In this document: positions 58,095 to 64,000 of the stretch, piece after piece
How positions within the stretch are numbered: position 1 is the first letter of the stretch
Layout of the letters: the number at the start of each line of letters is the position of its first letter
DNA from: Candidatus Methanomethylophilaceae archaeon
GTDB lineage: Archaea > Thermoplasmatota > Thermoplasmata > Methanomassiliicoccales > Methanomethylophilaceae
Assembly: GCA_944320495.1 (NCBI GenBank)
Contig: CALUHR010000002.1
Coordinates: 36,609-100,608 of the forward strand
Reading direction: 5' to 3'
DNA length: 64,000 nt
Made by a program: the position numbers and the translations under genes
Notes under the pieces: model-generated
Told to the model about the DNA's origin: nothing
The model's input: only the letters and a program-made list of their open reading frames with translations
The model's database searches: none

Positions 58095-59105
58095 TCACTC
58101 GGGGAACGGATCGGGGGACCTGAGCTCCTCGAGATCCGTGGAGTATCTCCACATGCGCGGGTAGTGGCCCGGATCCATGATGACCCTGGTCGTCTCGACC
58201 GCGACGCCGGACCTCGCCGAAAGGACGCGGTCTGTGGACGTCGCCATCCTCCCGAGACCGACGAGCTCCCCGCGCGCCGTCATCATTGCGACGAGCGCGT
58301 TCTTCCTGATGCCCTCGTCGAGCATGTGGACACCCTTGACGGCGAGATCGGCGCCGTGGCAGACGGCGTCCACGGCGGTCGCCTTGACGATGACCTTCGG
58401 CAGAGGCTCGACCAGGACCTCCAGCGGGAGGATCATGTCCCTCAGGTACTCCCCGTGCCCGTACTGCTGCCAGAACACGTACGCATCCCTGATCTCCTGG
58501 AGGGTGTGGGCGCGCGCCTCCGTCATCCTGCCGGACCTCGTGCGCCTGAGCTCGGTCATGCTCGCACCGCATCCGAGGACATCCCCGACATCCACGCAGA
58601 GCGTGCGGACGTATGTGCCGGCATCGCAGTGAATGCGGAACAGGACGTCCCTGCCGCTGATGTCCAGGACCTCCAGCTCGTGGATGGTGCGGATCCTCAG
58701 CTGCCTCTTCACCGCCGAACGGACCGGGGGAAGCTGGTATATCTTCCCGACGAAGCGGGACATGACCTCCCTGACCCTGGCCTCCGGCCTGTCGCCGTGC
58801 AGCCTCATCAGGCACACGTACTCCTTGTCCGATGAGAGGACCACATCGGTCAGCCTGACGGCCTTGCCCAGGGTTATCGGCAGGACCCCGCTGACATACG
58901 GGTCCAGCGTCCCGCCGTGGCCGGCCTTCTCCATGCCCAGCGCGTCCCTCGCCCAGGCGGTGGCCTGGTGCGACGTAGGGCCGCGGGGCTTGTCGAGGAT
59001 TATGACCCCGCCCCTGAGAAGCTCCCCCAGAGTGCGGTCGGATGGCCTCACGCCCCAGCGGTCAGGCACCGCGTCGGGATCCTTAATGACCAGCCTGCCA
59101 GGCAT
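58095..59105 (-). CDS. cbf5: Pseudouridine synthase Cbf5 (TruB family, with PUA domain)
   Basis: LDKPRGPTSHQ, GHGGTLDP, CDAGTYVR, AVCHGA. Confidence 0.95.
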   Translation of the reverse strand: MPGRLVIKDPDAVPDRWGVRPSDRTLGELLRGGVIILDKPRGPTSHQATAWARDALGMEKAGHGGTLDPYVSGVLPITLGKAVRLTDVVLSSDKEYVCLMRLHGDRPEARVREVMSRFVGKIYQLPPVRSAVKRQLRIRTIHELEVLDISGRDVLFRIHCDAGTYVRTLCVDVGDVLGCGASMTELRRTRSGRMTEARAHTLQEIRDAYVFWQQYGHGEYLRDMILPLEVLVEPLPKVIVKATAVDAVCHGADLAVKGVHMLDEGIRKNALVAMMTARGELVGLGRMATSTDRVLSARSGVAVETTRVIMDPGHYPRMWRYSTDLEELRSPDPFPE

Positions 59106-59625
59106 TCAGACCCTCCAGGATGGTATCGAGCACCTGGTCCGGGTCCATGTCGTCGGTGTTGATCACGAGGTCGTAGACGCTCAGATCCTCGATGTCTATG
59201 CCGTACCACTGCTTGTAGCGCTTGGCTTCGGACCTCTGCCTCTCCACGGTGGCGGCGGTGGCCTCCTCGAGGGTCTCGCCCTCGCGCAGACCGACCCTCT
59301 GCATCCTGACCTCGGGGCTGGCACAGATGTGGATCTTGAACGCCTCGATGCCGTTGCGGGAGAGCATGTACGCGGACAGCCTGGACTCGAGGATCAGATC
59401 CTCGTGGGTCCTGGCCATCTGGAGGATCCTCTCGTCGATCATGTTGTCGATAGAAGGGTCCCTCTCCGCCAGCTCGCCGAGCTGGGTGAGGGTAAGGTGT
59501 TTCTCTGCGGCCAGCTCCCTGAAGATCCTGCCGAAGACGACGGCCTCGAGGCCTAGCGTCTCCGACAGCTTGCTGCAGGCGGTGGTCTTGCCTGATCCCG
59601 GAGGACCGCTTATGGTTATTCTCAT
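59083..59625 (-). CDS. cmk: Cytidylate kinase
   Basis: ITISGPPGSGKTT, ESRLS, YDLVINT; ends TAA. Confidence 0.95.
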   Translation of the reverse strand: MRITISGPPGSGKTTACSKLSETLGLEAVVFGRIFRELAAEKHLTLTQLGELAERDPSIDNMIDERILQMARTHEDLILESRLSAYMLSRNGIEAFKIHICASPEVRMQRVGLREGETLEEATAATVERQRSEAKRYKQWYGIDIEDLSVYDLVINTDDMDPDQVLDTILEGLNAWQAGH

Positions 59626-60359
59626 TCGATCTCAGCCTTCTTGACCTCGAGGTCCAGCTGCCTGAGGTGCTTCCTCAGGAAGATGAACCTGATCAGCCTG
59701 TTCTCGATCTGTCCGATCGGCATGCTCACCATGGTGTAGATGATGATCCATGAGGGCATGAACCCGAGCAGATAGGTGTTCAGGTCGTAGCCCATGGACC
59801 AGGGGATGTCCGCCAGCGGAGGGTTCTCCAGGGAGAAGTAGACGGGGTCCACTCCGTTCCCCAGGGCGGGGTCCGCCAGCAGGAAGTACCATACCCAGGC
59901 GTACACGGGGAGCAGGAAGATCATGGTTATGGGCATGGTCTTCATCTGCTGCGTGCTGGCCTCCATGGACATAGCCATGATCTGCGGCTGCATCTCCTGG
60001 AGCTTCTTCATCTTGAACAGGTTGTTCTCCACCCTTGCCTGGCGGAACTCCCTGTTGAAGTCGCTCTGGATCTGCTGGTTCCTGGCCATCTTGATCGGAT
60101 CCGTCATCAGGCTCCTGACGATGGTGCTGACCGTAATCATGATCAGGCCGGCGATTATCAGCGTCAGGACCGGATACTGTCCGTCGAAGGCGATGTACCT
60201 GAACACGAAGTCCAGGGCCTGGCCGATCTGGGCCCTGAACATCATGACGACCATCATGATGACCAGGACCAGCATCATGCCGATCATCGTCTTGGACGAC
60301 ATCGGCGGGGCCTGGTTCTGGACCTGCTGCATGCTCTGTGGACTGCCTGGGTTGGGCAC
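59622..60359 (-). CDS. DUF106 / EMC3-TMCO1 (Oxa1 superfamily) membrane protein
   Basis: TM-coiled coil-TM layout at its usual position between secY and cmk. Confidence 0.85.
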   Translation of the reverse strand: MPNPGSPQSMQQVQNQAPPMSSKTMIGMMLVLVIMMVVMMFRAQIGQALDFVFRYIAFDGQYPVLTLIIAGLIMITVSTIVRSLMTDPIKMARNQQIQSDFNREFRQARVENNLFKMKKLQEMQPQIMAMSMEASTQQMKTMPITMIFLLPVYAWVWYFLLADPALGNGVDPVYFSLENPPLADIPWSMGYDLNTYLLGFMPSWIIIYTMVSMPIGQIENRLIRFIFLRKHLRQLDLEVKKAEIE

Positions 60360-60363
60360 TCGA

Positions 60364-61902
60364 TCACTCTCCGTTTCCGAAGAATCCGCGCATCACCGGG
60401 TTCATCTCCATCATCTGCTCGCGGCCCATGGCCTCATAGAGGTGGATGATGATTCCCACGCACAGCAGCACTCCTGTACCGCTCGCGTTACCCGTGGTTC
60501 CGATCATGTCGGCTCCCGCGGCCAGTGCACCGACCATCGCTCCAGACATGATGGTGATGGTGGGGATGTACCTCTCCAGCACCCTCTTGAGGACGCGGGG
60601 GTCGCGCCTGAATCCGGGGATCTGCATGCCGCTGCGCTGGATCTGGTTGGCCACCGATTCCGGACCGAGGTTGGTGGTGTCCACCCAGAACTTGGCGAAC
60701 ATGATGGATCCCATGACCATCACCGTGAAGTAGATGGCCACGTGAGCCAGGTTCTGTATCGCGTTGTGTCCGTTGCCGTAGTACGACGGATCGAGTATGG
60801 GCATGAGCCAGCTGTTCAGTCCGGTGGGCGCCGACAGGTACCACGCTATACCTCCCGCGGCCGTGGTCGACCCGTCCTCGAAGTAGCCGATGCTGGCATT
60901 TCCTCCGAGCAGGGGGATCTGGCTGAGGAAGTCGTTGCTGAAGAGCAGCAGCGCGGTCATGCTGACGATGGCGAGCAGCGAGGACATCAGGATGACCGGG
61001 ATGTTGCTCGCGTACATCAGCTTGATCGGGTAGCGACCCCTCGCACCCCTGGCGTTGCCATGTGCCAGCGGCAGCTCGATACGGGAGGATTCCAGATACG
61101 CGACGACCAGGAAGATCGCTATGGTTCCCACCAGGGCGATCATCGGGTTGTTGTTGTTCAGGAACACCTGCTCGTAGTAGCCTCCGGCCCACTGGTCCGG
61201 GGATGCGTTGAACACGTAGTACAGCGCCATCGGGATGGTACCCGCAGGGGGGTTGCTGAGGCTCATGGCCGCAGACGTGTCCACGGGATACCAGTTGAGG
61301 GCTCCCGTGAACAGCGACTGGGCCACGCCAGCAGCGATGAACAGCGATATTCCGCTGCCGATTCCCCATTTGGACACCACCTCGTCCATCATGAACAGGA
61401 TGTACGATCCTGCGAACAGCTGGACGATCAGCAGTATCTTGGCGCCCGCGCTGCCCAGTGCATCGACGGCTCCGTCCGAGGGGACCAGGTATCCGAATAC
61501 CTGGGGGATAGCCTCGAAGAGGATCATGACGATGACGAGCAGCTTGAGCACCGACTGATAGCAGGCCTTGTCCTCGCGCCTTGTGAGGTCGAGTTTGATG
61601 ATCTTCGCGCCGACGAACAGCTGCATGATGATGGAAGCCGTTACGATCGGCCCGATGCCGAGTTGCAGTATGGAACCGGAAGCTCCTGCCATGATGGTCC
61701 TATACTGTGCGAATATGTCCAGCGACTCGGACTGGTCCAAGCCGTACAGGTACACATTGGTCATCACGAAGTAGAGGACCAATATGATGATGACCCACAT
61801 CATCTTAGTCCTGAAGTGCACGTGCCCCTCAGGACGTTTGACGGAGGGTAGCCTGTCGCTCAAGGGTTTTACCTTGTACAACAGGCTCGGTGTCTCTTCC
61901 AT
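60364..61902 (-). CDS. secY: Preprotein translocase SecY
   Basis: LGIGPIVTASII, WGIGSGISLFI, YASNIPVIL, IPGFRRDP. Confidence 0.98.
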   Translation of the reverse strand: MEETPSLLYKVKPLSDRLPSVKRPEGHVHFRTKMMWVIIILVLYFVMTNVYLYGLDQSESLDIFAQYRTIMAGASGSILQLGIGPIVTASIIMQLFVGAKIIKLDLTRREDKACYQSVLKLLVIVMILFEAIPQVFGYLVPSDGAVDALGSAGAKILLIVQLFAGSYILFMMDEVVSKWGIGSGISLFIAAGVAQSLFTGALNWYPVDTSAAMSLSNPPAGTIPMALYYVFNASPDQWAGGYYEQVFLNNNNPMIALVGTIAIFLVVAYLESSRIELPLAHGNARGARGRYPIKLMYASNIPVILMSSLLAIVSMTALLLFSNDFLSQIPLLGGNASIGYFEDGSTTAAGGIAWYLSAPTGLNSWLMPILDPSYYGNGHNAIQNLAHVAIYFTVMVMGSIMFAKFWVDTTNLGPESVANQIQRSGMQIPGFRRDPRVLKRVLERYIPTITIMSGAMVGALAAGADMIGTTGNASGTGVLLCVGIIIHLYEAMGREQMMEMNPVMRGFFGNGE

Positions 61903-61928
61903 CCCTATCTACACTCCCGACAGTGATC

Positions 61929-62363
61929 TCACTCAGCGGCTGCTTCAGCGATCGAACCCCCGGCACCGGAGATCTTCTCGCGGGCCTTCTCGGACGCCTC
62001 GGCGACCGTGACGTTTACCGCGATGTCGATGCTCCCGTTGCCGAGGAGCTTGTCGATGCCCGCCTGGGAGAGGTCGACGGTGTACGCCTCCCCCTCCTTC
62101 TTGGCGAAGCCCATGGAAACGAACCTCTCGATCTGCTCGGAGAGTTCGCCCACGTTGATGGTGCGGTTGGCCTGCACCATGCACTGGGGTCTCTTGAACC
62201 CGTGGCGGCCGTAGTGGTCCCTGTCGTACTTGAGCATCCCGATCTTACCGGTCTTGCCCAGTCCGGCCTGTCCGTGACCGCCGATGATACCGGCACCGCG
62301 GCCGGATTTCTTGCCGCGGCCGTGGGTCCTGTAGCCCCTGAACTTCTTGGTTCTGCTTGGCAT
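61929..62363 (-). CDS. rpl15: Ribosomal protein uL15
   Basis: RGYRTHGRG, GRHGFKRP, KLLGNG. Confidence 0.95.
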   Translation of the reverse strand: MPSRTKKFRGYRTHGRGKKSGRGAGIIGGHGQAGLGKTGKIGMLKYDRDHYGRHGFKRPQCMVQANRTINVGELSEQIERFVSMGFAKKEGEAYTVDLSQAGIDKLLGNGSIDIAVNVTVAEASEKAREKISGAGGSIAEAAAE

Positions 62364-62373
62364 TCCTCGCACC

Positions 62374-62838
62374 TCACAGCATCCTGTTGATGAGGGCGTT
62401 GATCTCCGCTCCCCTGTATCCCAGGGCACCGCCGTTCTGGAACGAGCGCTTGTTGCCCTCGTATCCCTTCACGGGCGGGTGGAGGCGGAAGACGGGCTTG
62501 GCGCCCTCGACGTCCTTCATCTTGTAGTCGTTCTCGATGATCGCTTTCGCCATGTCCTCGACGGTGGCGAACTCGGAGTTCTCCTTGAGGTAGTCGTCGG
62601 TGACGGAGTCGTCGCCGGCCACACGTCCGCGGGCGCGGATCATGGCGGCGAGGGTCTCCTGGTCGACCTCTCCCCAGGTGCAGTAGTCCTTGACCTTCTG
62701 GAGCATCCCCTTGGTGGATGCGTTCTCGGGGACGACCACGCAGTGGTTGACCCTGGTGAGGCCCAGGAGGCCCATGGTGTGCTCGATGTCGTAGTTGACG
62801 TCCGGAATTCCGCGGACGCGGATGACTGCGTACGCCAT
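62374..62838 (-). CDS. rpl30: Ribosomal protein uL30
   Basis: AVIRVRG, FRLHPPVKG, GALGYRG. Confidence 0.95.
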   Translation of the reverse strand: MAYAVIRVRGIPDVNYDIEHTMGLLGLTRVNHCVVVPENASTKGMLQKVKDYCTWGEVDQETLAAMIRARGRVAGDDSVTDDYLKENSEFATVEDMAKAIIENDYKMKDVEGAKPVFRLHPPVKGYEGNKRSFQNGGALGYRGAEINALINRML

Positions 62839-62840
62839 GC

Positions 62841-63515
62841 TCACTCCTCCTCCTGCTCGGACTCGGCGTAGCTGACACCGGTGGGACCGGAAACGATGTT
62901 CAGGTCCTTGGCCTGCTCCTCGGTGACCCTCATGCGTGAGGTCATCCTCAGGGCGTCGAAGGTGGCCATCGCGTAGTTGACCTTGGTCTTCGTGTTGCCC
63001 CTGGCGAATCCCCACGCGTCGTGGACTCCGGCGAGGGTCAGCAGGCTCTTGGCGACATCGCCGACGGCCAGGGAGACACCCCTGGGTGCCGGTTTGAGCG
63101 TGACGGTGACGGATCCGGTGGATCCGACGACCTCGAACGGAAGGCTGTGGGCCTGTCCGCATCCGCACTGCCAGGAGCCGCAGCCCCTCTTGATCTCGAT
63201 CATGTTCAGCTTGGCGTTGTCGATGGCCTTCTTGATAGAAGGTCCGACCTCCTTGCCTTTGGCCCTGCCGATTCCGATGAACCCGTCGCCGTTTCCGACG
63301 ATGCAGGTGACCGCGAACCTGACCCTCCTTCCGGAGTCGGTCATCCTCTGGACCATGTTGAGGTCGATGACCTCGTCCTTGAGGTCAGGCAGGAGGATGT
63401 CCACGATCTCGGGCTCACGGAGGGGCAGCTTGGTGGCGAGGGCGTCGCTCATGGTCGTGCTCTCTCCGTTGAGGACCATCTGCCCGAGCCTTGTCTTGGG
63501 TACCCAGTCAGCCAT
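62841..63515 (-). CDS. rps5: Ribosomal protein uS5
   Basis: WVPKTRLG, QRMTDSGRR, PAPRG. Confidence 0.97.
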   Translation of the reverse strand: MADWVPKTRLGQMVLNGESTTMSDALATKLPLREPEIVDILLPDLKDEVIDLNMVQRMTDSGRRVRFAVTCIVGNGDGFIGIGRAKGKEVGPSIKKAIDNAKLNMIEIKRGCGSWQCGCGQAHSLPFEVVGSTGSVTVTLKPAPRGVSLAVGDVAKSLLTLAGVHDAWGFARGNTKTKVNYAMATFDALRMTSRMRVTEEQAKDLNIVSGPTGVSYAESEQEEE

Positions 63516-63516
63516 T

Positions 63517-63999
63517 TCACTCAGCCTCCATCTTCTCTTTGAGGCTGTTCAGGTCAGCCTCGATCCCTTCGTCGATGTGCTTCCCGAGGATCCTGTCTTC
63601 GTCGGGGAGGACGTCCTCGCCGTGGGGAACCTCGAGGCCGGCATCGCACATGCCGGCGACGGTGGCGAAGAGGACTCCGCCGTGCTGGACCTTCTGCATG
63701 CCGATGTCGAGCACAGCGTACTCGATGCCGGCGGCGACGGCCCTCTTCCCGGCCAGGTACCCGACCAGGTATGCGGCGGGTATGGACGAGCAGGAGTGGT
63801 TCCAGCCCATGGCCTTCAGCTCTTTGGTGCTGGCGGCGACGAGGACCTTGTCCCCCTCCATGCCGAACTCGGCCATCTGGACGGTGATGTTCTTGTTGGA
63901 CCTCCTGACGACGGCCCTGGCCTCCTGGCTCGTGAGGAGCCTGCGGCGGGCGTAGTAGTCGGTGCGGTTCTCTCTTCTCCTGCGGAATGCTACTTTGTA
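63517..63999 (-). CDS. rpl18: Ribosomal protein uL18 (5'-truncated by window edge)
   Basis: YKVAFRRRRENRTDYYARR...VVRRSNKNI, AAYLVG, LDIG. Confidence 0.95.
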   Translation of the reverse strand, partial: YKVAFRRRRENRTDYYARRRLLTSQEARAVVRRSNKNITVQMAEFGMEGDKVLVAASTKELKAMGWNHSCSSIPAAYLVGYLAGKRAVAAGIEYAVLDIGMQKVQHGGVLFATVAGMCDAGLEVPHGEDVLPDEDRILGKHIDEGIEADLNSLKEKMEAE

Positions 64000-64000
64000 T

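Noticed and set aside
913-63168. Many long antisense or alternate-frame ORFs in the track (e.g. 913-2232, 3406-4527, 17516-18955, 47701-49311, 59923-61851)
   Set aside because: They are shadows of real genes in high-GC DNA, with no family motifs.
1-64000. CRISPR arrays, IS elements, integrases, rRNA, SECIS-type TGA readthrough
   Set aside because: No repeat-spacer array, transposase or integrase motifs, rRNA-like segments or TGA-interrupted genes were seen.

Overview
High-GC archaeal chromosomal segment, most likely from a Methanomassiliicoccales methanogen (Thermoplasmatota). This is an inference from aRF1, archaeal r-proteins, hdrBC, intron-containing tRNAs and a bacterial-type adk. Content is mostly housekeeping: about 68 CDS, 7 tRNAs (Trp and Met with introns), the end of the S10/spc r-protein cluster with secY, three aminoacyl-tRNA synthetases, purine/pyrimidine/amino-acid enzymes, hdrBC, and a bacterial-style metal-homeostasis cluster with CsoR operators. 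No CRISPR array, transposase or rRNA is visible. The main signal is in the genetic code. Eight genes have no TAA/TGA/TAG where their family and the neighbouring gene say they should end. Each instead has an in-frame CGA there, and two more genes end CGA-TGA. Reading Arg codons by eye through the confidently called genes, I found only one internal CGA, at codon 78 of the release factor aRF1 itself, in a rare-codon patch. This suggests CGA acts as a termination signal (reassigned, context-dependent or edited) with RF2-like autoregulation of aRF1. If CGA terminates, no gene here ends in TAG, and one accessory gene has in-frame TAGs (candidate pyrrolysine). All counts are manual and limited to this window.
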